Positions 1 to 12,900 of a stretch of 48,749 nt of DNA are shown piece after piece. Made by a program: the position numbers and the translations under genes. Position 1 is the first letter of the stretch. Each line of letters opens with the position of its first letter. Source of the stretch: Seison nebaliae (taxonomy: Eukaryota); contig JALJEE010002665.1 in NCBI GenBank assembly GCA_023231475.1, positions 1-48,749 of the forward strand, in the 5' to 3' direction. Below the pieces are notes generated by a model. That model worked only from the letters and a program-made list of their open reading frames with translations, ran no database searches and was not told the DNA's origin.

Positions 1-831
1 TGTATTTTAGAAATAGTTAAATAGATTAATATTAATTGAAAGTTAAGCCTTGTAAAATGTAATTAAAATTGAAGATTTATTATTGAAATAATGAAAAAGA
101 AGTTTACTTCCTTCAAAGACAAATAACGTCTAACGAAAGAAACAGTAAATTGCCTTCTCCATTTCTCATATAAAATATATTAAAAGTCTATTTTAATTTT
201 TTGTTAGTTTAAATTTGAAAATTTTACTGTTCTTTGGGAAAATGAAAAATTTTCTCCTCCATTAAAATCAGAAATATTATTTCTCTGAAAATGACTCAGA
301 TATCAAAACTAAAAAAGAACTGTTCTAATTATCAGACTAGAAGTTATATGTATTTCGTAAAATAATATTAAGCAGGAACAGGTTAGGAAGAATATAATTA
401 TGATACTATGTTATTAATAAAGTAGACAAAACAGTTTCGAATTACGACAATAATTATACGTATTTTCTGAGAGGAAAAAGAAGGAAATTAAAAATTTTAT
501 CAACTCACGTTTTCAGTTCAACAAAAAAACACGTTTAAAAAATAAAGTAAAATTATTGTAAAGTTGCATGAAAAATAAGTAGAACAAATCCCATTTTTTT
601 TATATTTCTTAACATTCGATTAAATTGGAAGACTTAATTTTCATTTTCCATTATATAGCTATTAATTTGAAGTTGGTAAGTTTGAATTAATTCTTTCATT
701 CCAACTCGTTTGAATAGAAGAGGAAGTAATTGAGAAATGTAAACTTAAAATTTGTTTGTTGTGCAATTTTGGAATGTCGCAAAGGCGAATTGTTGAGAAA
801 GCATTTGAACAATTGTTGAAGAAAGTGGAAG

Positions 832-2151
832 ATGAATGTGGGACATCGTTCACTTGATTTACTAAAATTTCATAAACTACTTCATAATGTGGTTCCGATT
901 GATGAATATGATTGTACATCATATCGATCAGTGAACATGGGATATTTCGATGAGAATATCTGTCGAGCTGTCGTCCCGATTATTGGAAAAAACATGCAAT
1001 ATGAGATGATATTAATACCGATAAATTATGAGGAGAAATCTTTTGGATTCATAGAAGAGAATAAAGAATTCTTTTTCTCCTCAATTTTCATCGATTCGGG
1101 TAAATCTCTCTTGTCATTACAAGATGAATTGATGAAAGATTGTGGAATTGAGAATGGTCATTTAAAAATGATCGGAATTAATGAAGTTACTCCTCAATTC
1201 TTTCAATTTCTCTTCGTTCATTATTCGAATCAATTCCAAAATAATTATCAATATCAACCACTGCTAACTAATTTACCGGTTTCTCATAAAATATTCCGTT
1301 CGAATCATTCAACAATATTACAATTGATGATGGAACAATATTCAAAAAAATTTAAAGATAATTTAAATTGTGAAAATGTTGAGAAGAATTTCATTCCTAT
1401 TCAACATAATCATTCGACGATTCGACTCATCTGTTATCGGCAAGATGAAGTGAATGGCTCAATTTCTTTTTTGAATTATATGAATTCGATTCCGATTATT
1501 CCCGTCCTCCCAAATCGTTCGATCTGGTTGACGATTCTCATATTTCTGCTTTATAAAAATATCATAAAAATTCATCAAGTTAACGATAATACGGAAAGGT
1601 CAGATATGAATTCAACTTATGAGAAATTGTTAGGAGAAGTTGTGAAAATTCGAGGAATTCATCGAATTGAAATGAATCCGACGATGAAACATCAACATGA
1701 CGGTTTCCGAATAACGTTAATCGTCGAATTGGTCAATCCATCAGAGAACGTATCGAATGATAATAAACGTCGACGAATATTGTTCGACCGAATTCATCTT
1801 GATCAATTACCGAATAATGGAGAACTTCATTGGATTCGAACGGATTTGAAAACAAATTTGACAGGTCATATCGAACCGCCAAACGTCACTCCCATCGTCA
1901 GTCGAACATCGAGAAATTCTTTCCTTTTAAGAAGAATGACAAATGACTTTACTGTTAATCCAATTGAACTCAAAAAAAAAGTAACAACCGATCTTTTTGA
2001 GATCGATGCTGATGTTTATGGTAATGGATCTGATAGTCTAATTGGATCAGGAAAAGACACTGATGAGAATGATGAGAAAGATGTTGAGTCATTCTTAAAT
2101 CTGCTAAAGAATTCTTCATCGTTTCAAGCTAATCTTATTTTCTATTCATAA
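832..2151 (+). CDS. Uncharacterised 439-aa protein, apparently single exon
   Basis: A 1.3-kb stop-free ORF in very AT-rich DNA, with an acidic C-terminal patch. No motif recognised. Confidence 0.6.
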   Translation: MNVGHRSLDLLKFHKLLHNVVPIDEYDCTSYRSVNMGYFDENICRAVVPIIGKNMQYEMILIPINYEEKSFGFIEENKEFFFSSIFIDSGKSLLSLQDELMKDCGIENGHLKMIGINEVTPQFFQFLFVHYSNQFQNNYQYQPLLTNLPVSHKIFRSNHSTILQLMMEQYSKKFKDNLNCENVEKNFIPIQHNHSTIRLICYRQDEVNGSISFLNYMNSIPIIPVLPNRSIWLTILIFLLYKNIIKIHQVNDNTERSDMNSTYEKLLGEVVKIRGIHRIEMNPTMKHQHDGFRITLIVELVNPSENVSNDNKRRRILFDRIHLDQLPNNGELHWIRTDLKTNLTGHIEPPNVTPIVSRTSRNSFLLRRMTNDFTVNPIELKKKVTTDLFEIDADVYGNGSDSLIGSGKDTDENDEKDVESFLNLLKNSSSFQANLIFYS

Positions 2152-2649
2152 AAATTCTATAATTAGATTTCATTATCCAAAATTTTAACTTTCTTATTCA
2201 CATTTTAAATTATCCCAATTTCACCTTAACATAAGTTCAATAGTCTTATTTTATTTTTTACACATTTTAACATTTTCTCTTTAAATCTAAAAAAATTCTA
2301 CAAATTTTCATAAAATTCATATTTTTTTCATAATCGATTCAAATTCATCTTTGTGATGACAACTTTGATTGTTAATTGTGTTCGAAAAATTTAATGAGAC
2401 TTCGGAAATTTTATTAGGAAAGATTAATATACATTTCCATTGTTGACGTTTTTGTGGAAATTGTTTTTTATTTCAAAGTTTTTTGAAATAGTTCGTGAAT
2501 TTCATTCGTTTCTTATCCTTAATCATCGTGGTGATTTGTGAGTAATAAATTCTCGTGAAATATTTTCGGACAATAATGAAGTTTTCAGACGACAAAGTAT
2601 TCCAACGATTGGATTTAATTGTAATAATATTTTATTTTCTTTCTTTTTT

Positions 2650-4656
2650 TCACAAATAAAAATAATAAATTAACATTAAACAAATCATAGAGATGACGAA
2701 AGTAATCAGAATGAAATGATGTTTCTTTATACTTTCCGTCAACTTCGTTCGTTCTCTATCGAATAAGTCGGAAAAGAATTGATCAATTCGTGTTAACATA
2801 TTTAATTTTTTATTATTTTGATGCATGTTCATTGGAATGTTGTTATTGGTGTTATTGTTGAGATTGTTGTACATTTCGTTCTTTCTTCGTCTCATCAACC
2901 AATAAATTCGGAAGAGTTGAGCTAATAAACATTTTATTAGACGATATGGTAATATGATGAGAATGAGTAGTAGAGAAAGAAGTGATCGGAGATATCTTGA
3001 GATGTTTTGAGATTCTCGATTTTTCTCTTGTGTAGGAGAACGGGCGGTAGCTGATGGAATGACAATGCACAATAAGAGGAATAACAAGAAAATGAATGAG
3101 ATAATTCTGGTTAATAAGCTAGCGATATTCCGTCGAAATTTCAAATGTCGATTCCATTCAATCAGGAACGAATAGAGAAATGTTATTTGTTTACTTGCTG
3201 CTTCCCATGTATATTGACTGGGAACATGATTTATGGTGGAGCGAATTCTTTTTCGATTTTTCACCGTCGTCAAAATAGCTGTGACTGCTCCTTCAATATC
3301 GTTCGATTGCCACAAATAACCACTTTCTCCAGGAACAAAATATTCCTTGATTTGTGGACCATCTACAGATGCAATTGGTAATGCTGATGCCATCGCTTCC
3401 AAATACACTTGTCCGAATGTCTCCGTTTCACTGGCGTAGACGAAGACGTCAGCGGATGAATAAGCTTCATATAATTCTTTACCGTGAAGAAATCCAATAA
3501 ATTTCGTTCGTTCATTATCGAATAACGGTTCTAATTTACTTTTGTATGGTCCATCGCCAATTATCGATAAATGGTAATTGGATGGAAGTAATGGCATGAG
3601 TTTGGCGAGAAATTCAAAATTCTTCTCTGGTGATAATCTTCCTACGCTCAGAAGTAAAATATTCTCATCTTTTTTCTCATCATTCTTCTTATCTCTAACC
3701 GAACTATCCATCAATCGTTCTTTCATCGCTTTGTTTGACAAGTTGGGACGGAAACTCTGAGTATTGACACCTGTCTTCCATACCCCAACACGACCACCAT
3801 CAATAATGATACGATCAAATAAATGTTTATTCGATCCGTTGACGTCAAGTGGCTCATCGAAATTTTGTTGAATTGTTACTCGTTCACCGAATAGATACAT
3901 TAACTCGTCATAGAATTCCGACGGTTCACGTGCTCCAAAATCCGATAATTTATTAAGAATCATTTCTGATTGTAATTCATGATCTTCAATCGTCTCATCT
4001 TCTTCGTTCAAACGAATTTCATAATTAGTCATCTTATCCAACTTTTGTCGTTTCGATGTAATTCGTTCCATTAATTTATCTATATCCGTTTTATCGAATA
4101 ATAAGGAAGTGCAACCAGTGGATTCGAGTTGATCAGCGAAATTTCTTGAAACGGTCAAATTCACATTGGCCAATTGGAGGAAATGTGCACGTAATTTTCG
4201 ATAAAGGAATAGAATGAGATTCGATAATATTTTCGTTGGTATAAATGAGGGAATGTAAGTGTCAAGTGAAGTGTGATGAGACCAGATGATGGGAATGTTG
4301 AGATAATAACCGAAAATTGCGGTTAAAATCGCTCCAGGAGTATGCTCCACCACATGAATACAATCTGGTCCGAAATCTTTGATGATGCTTAATAACTTCC
4401 ATTGTGGAATGATGAAAGGAAGCATACAATCAATTCGATCTTCAAATTCAATCGATTTCACTATCGATAAAGTGACATGAGTCAATTGTTCATTAACAAT
4501 ATAATCGTTGGCATCACGACATCCGGTAACGATATGGATATCATAAAGATGGGGATCCATATGACGAATAATCTCTTTGAATCGACGACATATTCCACTG
4601 GTGTATGGATGGAAGCTTTCGGTGAATATTAACAAACGATATTTCTTCTCAAACAT
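2650..4656 (-). CDS. GT4 (GT-B fold) glycosyltransferase resembling sulfoquinovosyltransferase SQD2/SqdX and MgtA-type lipid glycosyltransferases, with C-terminal hydrophobic helices; intronless
   Basis: Motifs: LLIFTESFHPYTSG, IWSHHTSLDTYIP, VWKTGVNTQSFRP..SNKAMKERL, LLSVGRLSPEKN, IIGDGPY, FIGFLHGKELYEAYSSADVFV, and the EX7E motif ETFGQVYLEAMAS. Three hydrophobic segments lie after about residue 510. Confidence 0.88.
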   Translation of the reverse strand: MFEKKYRLLIFTESFHPYTSGICRRFKEIIRHMDPHLYDIHIVTGCRDANDYIVNEQLTHVTLSIVKSIEFEDRIDCMLPFIIPQWKLLSIIKDFGPDCIHVVEHTPGAILTAIFGYYLNIPIIWSHHTSLDTYIPSFIPTKILSNLILFLYRKLRAHFLQLANVNLTVSRNFADQLESTGCTSLLFDKTDIDKLMERITSKRQKLDKMTNYEIRLNEEDETIEDHELQSEMILNKLSDFGAREPSEFYDELMYLFGERVTIQQNFDEPLDVNGSNKHLFDRIIIDGGRVGVWKTGVNTQSFRPNLSNKAMKERLMDSSVRDKKNDEKKDENILLLSVGRLSPEKNFEFLAKLMPLLPSNYHLSIIGDGPYKSKLEPLFDNERTKFIGFLHGKELYEAYSSADVFVYASETETFGQVYLEAMASALPIASVDGPQIKEYFVPGESGYLWQSNDIEGAVTAILTTVKNRKRIRSTINHVPSQYTWEAASKQITFLYSFLIEWNRHLKFRRNIASLLTRIISFIFLLFLLLCIVIPSATARSPTQEKNRESQNISRYLRSLLSLLLILIILPYRLIKCLLAQLFRIYWLMRRRKNEMYNNLNNNTNNNIPMNMHQNNKKLNMLTRIDQFFSDLFDRERTKLTESIKKHHFILITFVISMICLMLIYYFYL

Positions 4657-7600
4657 TTACATTACACTTCGGTCCAATTCATAATAAGATTCCATGAAAC
4701 AACTAATTCTTCTGGTTACTTCCTTCACACTCTGTAAAAAAATTAACGAAACAAAATTCTTCTCCTAATAAAACTGCGAATGTTCATAAAATTCAATTAT
4801 AAACCAAATCAAATCCAAATCAGATTTTCTCATTATCATTTCTCCGTCTTATATTTGACGACAGCACTCGCTCTTTCACTACAAACAAAAAAAGCCTTTA
4901 AACTTATCATTCTTCAACTCTCAGAAATCTTATTCCACATCGAATTTGATATGGGAAGAAAATTAATGAAAATTTCTTATGTATAACGTTTCTAAATTAG
5001 TTTGATTTTTGTTTCTATTATTGCCTCTATAAAGAAACCTGAATAGAATGCCTTGGAAGAAATAATCGAAGGAAACTTAATATATTTTAAACGGAAATGT
5101 TCCCATTTGGCCTTAATCGATTCGAATAACAACGTACGTCAGTTAAACGACCTTTCCCTCTTGAAATGATTTATAACAAAAATCTTGTTAATATATAGGA
5201 TGGTAGAATAATATATTAATAGCACAATAATTCATTGAATCGACATAAATGATGATGATGATTGAATAATTATTAATCAGAGTACATTACGAGGAAATAT
5301 TCGTTTGATAAGAAAATGGCGTCGTTCTAAAAATAGTCCTTACTCGCTCTATTGATCAATTGTTTGATAAATATTTGTTCATATGAATTTAATTCAATCT
5401 GACTATGAAAGAATTGTTGGGAAGATGATGACAATTAAAATTGTCCAATAATCAACATAAAGAACGCCAGCTGCCAGTGACGTAAGTCAGGCTGTTTTCC
5501 TTGAGAAGAATATTCTTTTCTGTAATCGAAAGAGAAGGAGAATTATTATTAATGAGAAAGAGAATTTCTTTATTCTAAATATCCTCCTCTACACCATTCG
5601 TACAATCGAGGAATTTCTCCTCTATTCTAAATGACTTCCACTTCTAATTTTTTTCCGAATTAATTCGATCACGAAGCGAATTGTATCTGTGAAGTATTAT
5701 TTGGGTAAGAAAGACTATTGATATTCACACGTTCTAATATTCTATAAAATTCTTTCATTACACATTTTACTTCATTTTCGGATCGTATTGCTATTATGCA
5801 ACTATTTCTTGTTTTCCATTATCGATTTGGCACCGATTCTAATCATGATTCGATTCCATATCATTACCAATTCATCTTTCAACATTATCTCCCTAATTTC
5901 TTCATTACCATGGCAACATATTAGGCAAATGTTTCCCATCTGCGAATAATCTAATTTTTATTCTAAATTATCAATTAAACTTACATCAGCAATTAATCAT
6001 TTCATAGTGAATATAACGAATACTATTGAAACTATGAATTTCTACTTACAGAATTCTTCATTATTATCTTAATTCTTAATTATGAATATAATTTCCTGTC
6101 ATTCTACCACATGTTCTAGTTATGCAACATATGTTTGTTTAGTAAATTTCTGAGTATAATTCATTTGGAAGTGGTTTGGAATTTTTACTAGAAAAATGAA
6201 TGAAATTTTTTGAGTGTTATACTGCAGTATAGAAATCAAACAGTTTGTGAATGTGTAAATTTAACAATCAATAAACAATTTGTTTTCCATTAATGGAAAA
6301 ACAGAAAGTCGATTCTTTAAGGAATTACCTTAAAAAAATTAAGGTAAGCGATTTGTGGGGAATAAATAATGAGAAATTAATTGCGAAGAAAACTTCTTCT
6401 GACCAGGAAACAATTTCAATTCCAACTTTTATTAATGACACATTTGTTGGGAAAAAGAATTTTGCGTTGATAAGGAAACTGCAATTGTTTCTTCTTTCCA
6501 CAACTTAATCACCTTATACTACCCATGAACACACGCTAATCATAAAATAGTTGTGATATGAAAGAAATTTTATAATAAATTTAAGACAATGAAAGAATTG
6601 ATGTTGATCGGTGTACCAATTATTTCTAATGGAAAAGGTTAGAAGAAACTTTATAACAATCAAACATCAGATATTGGATTATTCTCATGAAAATGAGAAA
6701 GTTAAAATTTTACAAAAAAAGAGATATTCCATCTACTGACCTGTTAGTATTATCATCATATGATGAACTATCATCAGGTTCCTCTGTACATAAATGAATA
6801 CGACAAGAATTTTTCTCAACATTTTTTTTTGATTTCTCTAAAAAAAATAATAGTTTTAAAATATTTCTATCATTATTCCATAAATCATCTTCGAATATAA
6901 AACAAACAAATTTCTCTGGTACATTTATCATTAAAATGGAGAATTTATTTCAAATTATATTTATGATAATAGAGTGTGAATTTTTCATGTTCGATATTAG
7001 TCAACTAAATTTATCTAATAATATATGCATAATATAATTAAATTACGTATAATGTCGATGATATGATGAAGAATTAATGTTTGTCATTTTATTTACTTTG
7101 TAAACTTTAATTAAATATTTCAAGGGATGGTGTTATGCTTAAAATAATCAATCAATTTTGTATAAACTTTCAGTTTTCTTTCATTCTTTCCGAAAATATT
7201 TAAGTGTCTGTTTGGGGAGGTGAAAATCTGGGATAATCTATTCAATGTCATTTCATTATTCTTCTGTCTTCTTTATTTTGTTAAACTATAAACTTTGTTA
7301 AACAATAAACTCCTTCAAAAATGTTCACGTTCCTGAAAAGTTTTTCTTTCGATAGTAATTCGGTAATAATTTTTTTGTAAAATAACATTCTCCCTTTCTT
7401 CCAACCCTTTAACACATTTCTTCCACACAATTTCGTGCTTATGTTGCACATTCTTGTTTGGTGAAATGATTGAAAGAATAAACTTAAACATCCCGTAAGT
7501 ATAATGAATAATTTGTAAAGGATTTTAAGAAATTTTTGAAATAGTAAATTTGTAATTTTTTTGTAATTTCTAAAAAAGTTTTAGTGGAACATTTTGTTAT

Positions 7601-7956
7601 TATTGAGTGAAAGCAATTTTTCTAAAATTTATCTAAATAAATTTTGTAAATAAATATGAATTTTAAGGTGAAAAATTTTGGGATAAAAAGTGAAAAATTT
7701 GGACAGATTTTTATGTAGTTGCTAACTAGAATGATATGATATATATTAGGTGAATGTTATCAAAATGAAGATTGTGTATGGGTAACGACGGAATTAATCG
7801 TCAAATTGATGAATGAGGAAAACCGAGATTGTTTGATCGACAGAGAACTGAAATTAATTTGACCCATTTGTTACTCGACGAATTGTTGTGAATGGCAAAT
7901 GTGTCATGTTTGGATGGATTAGATAATGAATGAATCTAAAAAAGAATTAATTATTG

Positions 7957-9373
7957 TTAAAGATGAATTTGAATTAAAACTTGAAATAATCCTAATGAGC
8001 TTGAGATTATTGAAGTTTTATTAATAAAATCGTTTTTGCTCAATGGTAAATCGAACAAGGATTTATCATCAATTTCAAATTTCTGTTGTTTCTCTTGACA
8101 ATAACGACGTGCTGATAATGTGGAATCTAATCGAATAATTTTATTATTATCATTCATTTGATGTAGTTCGAAGTCTTTTTGAATAATAGACTTAATATTA
8201 TTTTCGAGTTGTGCTCGTTTCACTCGACGTTTTCTCCCGTTCATTCCAAACGGATTCGTATCTTCATTCGATTTCTTATCAATCTGATTGATATGGAGAC
8301 TCGTTAGATATTGGATCTTTCTTATCATATTTTGAGAAGATTTACTGGTAAGTAGATGGAATTGAATTGAATCGTTGGAGAGGAAAAATAATGGTAAAAT
8401 TTGTTTAATGTTCGTCTGGTCGATGGATGGAATGTAATAAATTTTCTGAAGGATTGAGAATGCCAATAATTTCGAATATTTTGTTATGTACACAATGATG
8501 GGATATGGATAATCGATACCGATTGTGGAATGACAATCGAATCGAATAAATTTATTCAGTGAATTATATAAATCTTCAGGAATCTCTTTGGAGAGAATAT
8601 CGAGAAATGATAATTTGCATTGAGGAAATTTCGATAAGTCGAAATGAACACCATATTCATTCAGATCACCATCGACAGTTTGAATAACACTGTTTTTGAC
8701 GACGTAACCTTTCTGGAGACTTCTCCTAATCGATTCTTCGTCATCATTAGAGAGAATACTCGTCATATAATTTTTGGAGGAACTAATCGAATTTAATGCT
8801 TGTACATGTGTTCGTAACATGGATGATGATTCATTATAATCTTTATATCTCGATGAATCATTAAGAGAAGATGGTGGAAAGCTGATTAATGAATGTCCCG
8901 AATCCTGCAACGACGATGTTGAATGAACAGCGAGATTTGTATGAGAATTAGGTGAAACGAACAATTCTCTAAATTTTGTCATTATAGTTGAACGATGTTT
9001 ATTATTATTATTATTATTATTGTTGTTGTTAGTGGTGGTAGTGGTGGTATTGGTGACGGTATTTGATTTGACGATGAAATTTGAGGAATGACTTGTTGAA
9101 TGTGATCGATTGTGGTCGTTAGTGGAGGAGAGTGTTGATACTGTGGAATTTCTGTGTAATTCATCATTGGATGTTGGAGGATTGTGAAATAGATTGAATA
9201 AATTTGATCGTTGTGGTTGTTTTGATGGTGAGTCGATGGAATTAATTTCATTCTTCTTCTCGTCATAAATGAAAATCAATCTGTTATTCTCATTGATTGT
9301 CAATGAATGATTAATTAATTCTCTTTCTAATCGATGTATCATTTGATCTATTTCCAAAGACGACGACGATGAC

Positions 9374-9409
<36 letters not shown>

Positions 9410-11289
9410 AAAACAAATTGACTTAAAAGAAATTTATTATTTTCTCGCCATAATTTCCACAAGAATTGTGGATGAAGTGAAATGAGAGACATATCAATAA
9501 ACGAATTATTTCGAAAAGTGAATTGTGGTAGAAATTGAAGGAAATTATCTTTCCTCTTCACCAACTGTCTCACCAAATGCAAATATCGATAATTCGACAA
9601 TTGAGATGAAAATGAGAATCGCCAAAAATTTCGTTTTTCAAATTTGTCCGATGTCTCCTTACATAACAGATCGACCATCTGACATCCTTGACGGAGTGAC
9701 ATACATGAACCAATAAAAAGATCTTTATTGAAATATTGGTCGATATGTACCATAATCTCCTTCACCATTCCAATTAACAGACTCAAATTATTCACATCAA
9801 ATGGATAAGTGTGATCGTTCAAAACATTCACCCATTTCCTCGTTGATTGATGACTAATATTCATTAAACGTTCATCTAATTCATTATATTTTTTATTAAT
9901 TTCTTCGATCAATTCCATCACTTTACCATCATTCAAATTATTCTCATCCATAGTCAATGATTGTGATTTCAATGATGGTGTTGGTGTACTTGGTAAGAAA
10001 TTTGATATTATTTCGTTAGATGTTGTTGTTGTTGTTGTTTGAATGGAAGTTGATGATATTATATCAGGGGTGATGGAAGTGGATGATGATGTCACTTCTT
10101 TTGGAGTATGTGGAGTGAAGAATGGCAATTTTTTGAATGACGAACATTTCACCAAATCATCTTTCTCCATATGTCGATGAATGAAAGGAAACTTCCCCAA
10201 TTTTCCTTCTTTTTCATCATATGAATTTTTCCGATTAGTTTCTCGTCGATTATTAGAATCTCCCGGTCCACTGAGACTATGTCTTTTCTCATAATATTGT
10301 CGAATAGGAATTCGATGATTTTTCATAATTGAATTCTCTTCTGATGTCGAATTGCCGTTATCATCAGATAAGAAACAATTATCATCATTTGTATCAGAAT
10401 TTGATTGTGTCACTTTTATTTCAGGAATATTTCTTTTCTGATTAACTGATTGATGAATTGTTCCCAATAAATCTCTCTCGTATTTGTGAAGATGGAAATA
10501 TTTCAAAATTTCTTGACCACTCTCCATCAAAAATTGATGTAACTCTTCCAAACGTCCATTACTTCCATCCAGATACTCGGAAAACAAATCGATAAAATTC
10601 GACAATTCTTTTATGGACAATAATAAATGGAGAACGTTGTGGAATAGCTGAAGTGTATAAAATTTGAATGAATTCTCTTTCAGTTTCTTTTTTTTTCTCT
10701 TCTTCTTATTCGTCGATTCAACACAACAATGGAAAGTGAGATAATTATTAATTTCATCAATATCGATCAATTTTTCCGAATGGAAAACAGTTCCCGAGAA
10801 CAATTGATCGAAAGACGTCAATTCATTCAATTTCCCAAAATCCAATTTCCGTTGAAGACGATTATTTAAATAATTCTTTTCAATCACTAAAATCCGTTTA
10901 GCGATATATAAATCAACAGAATCTAAAGAACTCGATGCAACAACAATCTGACTGACACGTTCTTGGAGATGTGAAATGAATTTCAATAATTGATCCGATT
11001 TTGTTTTGATCTGATTCAAGAGAGACAGTATCGTATCTTCTTCGCCTGTTCGTTCAATGAGATTATTTACAATTTCACGAATATACATCTGCTCTCGCAA
11101 TTTCCATATACCAGCATTCTCCATATCCTCTCGTTCCAACACATGTAAATGACATCCATTCCAATTACAATTAATTAAACGTTCTAAAAGAAACTTATCG
11201 AATATAATTCGACTAAAAAACGTTCGAACATCTTCCTCACTCCAATCATCAATATTCATCTTATTCTGGTAGTCTATTGACAAATTCAT
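7957..11289 (-). CDS. 1110-aa SAM-domain scaffold-like protein (possibly a divergent CNK-like protein); intronless
   Basis: N-terminal SAM pattern IDDWSEEDV..F....L..NWNGCHLHVL.REDM.NAGI.KL..Q..I...V..L. The ORF is open for 3.3 kb and contains Ser/Thr/Asn low-complexity tracts. Confidence 0.7.
9001..9050. repeat. Trinucleotide tract (ATT/GTT/GGT) encoding poly-Asn/poly-Thr in the SAM protein
   Basis: Seen directly: attattatta...tgttgttgtt agtggtggta. Confidence 0.9.
9359..9407. repeat. (GAC/GAT)n microsatellite encoding poly-Ser in the SAM protein
   Basis: Seen directly: gacgacgac gatgatgat... run of ~16 units. Confidence 0.95.
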
Positions 11290-11899
11290 TCACTTCTTCA
11301 CCAACTCCTTCATTTTCTTATTCTTTAATGTCTCATAGAAAGCCGTCGACTTTCTTCTCAAATTGAATCTATTATGAAATTCTTAATTTTCCTCTCAAAC
11401 AACTTTCTCAAATTCAAGCTAACAATTTCAATTTGTATATCTTTACTCTCTTTATTCTTCTTTCAAAATAATTGCTCCTAAATAAACCAACATGTTTAGT
11501 GCACTAGAAGTGGAACTTTTGATATCATAATAAACCAAAAACCTCTTTTAAGTTTACAGTTTTAGGTTTTTTTTTGAATAAAATTCAGCTTTATTTACTT
11601 ATTATCTTATTATTAATTAACCTTTTCTAATTTTGACGAAAGAAGGACTATTAGAACTATACCTATAAACCTTTTCTTTTTATATATTACAACCGACATT
11701 CTTCAAAGGTTCACCTCTTTCACCAATTTCTTTTATATCGATAAATTATCTTACAACATATCAACTTGGGAGGAATTATTATTAACGAAAATTTTTGGAA
11801 CTTTGGAAACTGTATGCACATTCCCAAAGCCACAACGATGATATACACGTCTCACGCAACGTAGAGATCTCCTACCACTGACCGTAGATGAGGAGATCG

Positions 11900-12900
11900 A
11901 TCCAAAACTTCAATTGTCAAAATGTCACCTTGGTGAATGATAACGCATCCAATAGACTCCGATTAGACGTGGAAAACAGTACGATGTCATCAGCGTAAGC
12001 ATATGCTGTTGGAATACGTGAACCGTTGACATAAATAGAAAAACGAGAATTGATTAAATCGAGTGCCGAATCGAGAGCAAGACCGAACAGCTACGGTCCT
12101 AGTATCGAGTCTTAGCGAACACCTCGATTAACTTGGAAAAAAGCCGACTGCTGATTTTTGCCTCATACGGAACAGAATGATCGTGAACACAATGTTTTGA
12201 TGAACGATAATATCGAGTTATGAACTTCACGGGATTGCAGATAATTTAGTGCCGGAAGCACATCGATGGAATCGAACGCTCTTGATGCGTCGAGAAACGA
12301 AATATGAAGAGGACGGTTCGTTGTCCTATGATAATAGATTAAGGATCTCACAATGGCCACGCAAGGATGCACCCCTCTGTTGTTTCTGCTATAAGCACAT
12401 TGAACTGTGGAGGAATAAAATTCATACTGGAATCTTCTTATAATCACACGTTCAAAAATGCGAAGAAGGAACAAAGGAACACAGATGGGACGAAAGGAGC
12501 TAACCAAGGACCAATCCAACAGTTGATTCTTCAGTATTGGGACAATCCTGAATTGGAACATATCGTTCGGAAATTCATTCTTCGCCAGACAATTGTTAAT
12601 GAGAGAAGAAATCTTTGGTAGAAGACTCTCGATCGAGAATTGAGCCAGCATCGGACAAACGTTATCACAACCATGTGCAGTTGAGCTCTTTAGTTAAGTA
12701 ATGGCAGATCTAATTTCATCATTTGAAAAAGAAAAGAGAGAAATGTTGGATGAATTAGAAGAAAAAGAAAGTGAGATGTCGGATGAAAACATATAGGACG
12801 TATAATGTTCGAAAAATTCCTGAATAGTTGGATTCGAATTGTTCCCAGAAGAATGAGTTTTCCTCAAGAACCTCCATAATGAGGAATCATCCGTGGTTCT
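11900..12900 (-). mobile_element. Decayed non-LTR (LINE) retrotransposon reverse-transcriptase fragment
   Basis: One minus frame reads EIRSAIT*LKSSTAHGCD, IVPILK, SFRPICV, FLDASRAFDSI, GVR*DSILGP*LF and AYADDIVL (YADD at 11986-11997). It has several in-frame stops. Confidence 0.9.

Noticed and set aside
5310..5490. YY1-like AAAATGGCG and CRE-like TGACGT motifs upstream of the GT4 gene
   Set aside because: Short motifs are expected by chance and there is no supporting context.
12092..12700. In-frame TAA/TAG/TGA in the RT frame as evidence of stop-codon reassignment
   Set aside because: Intact host genes terminate at TAA, TAG and TGA and have no internal stops after splicing. This is pseudogene decay.
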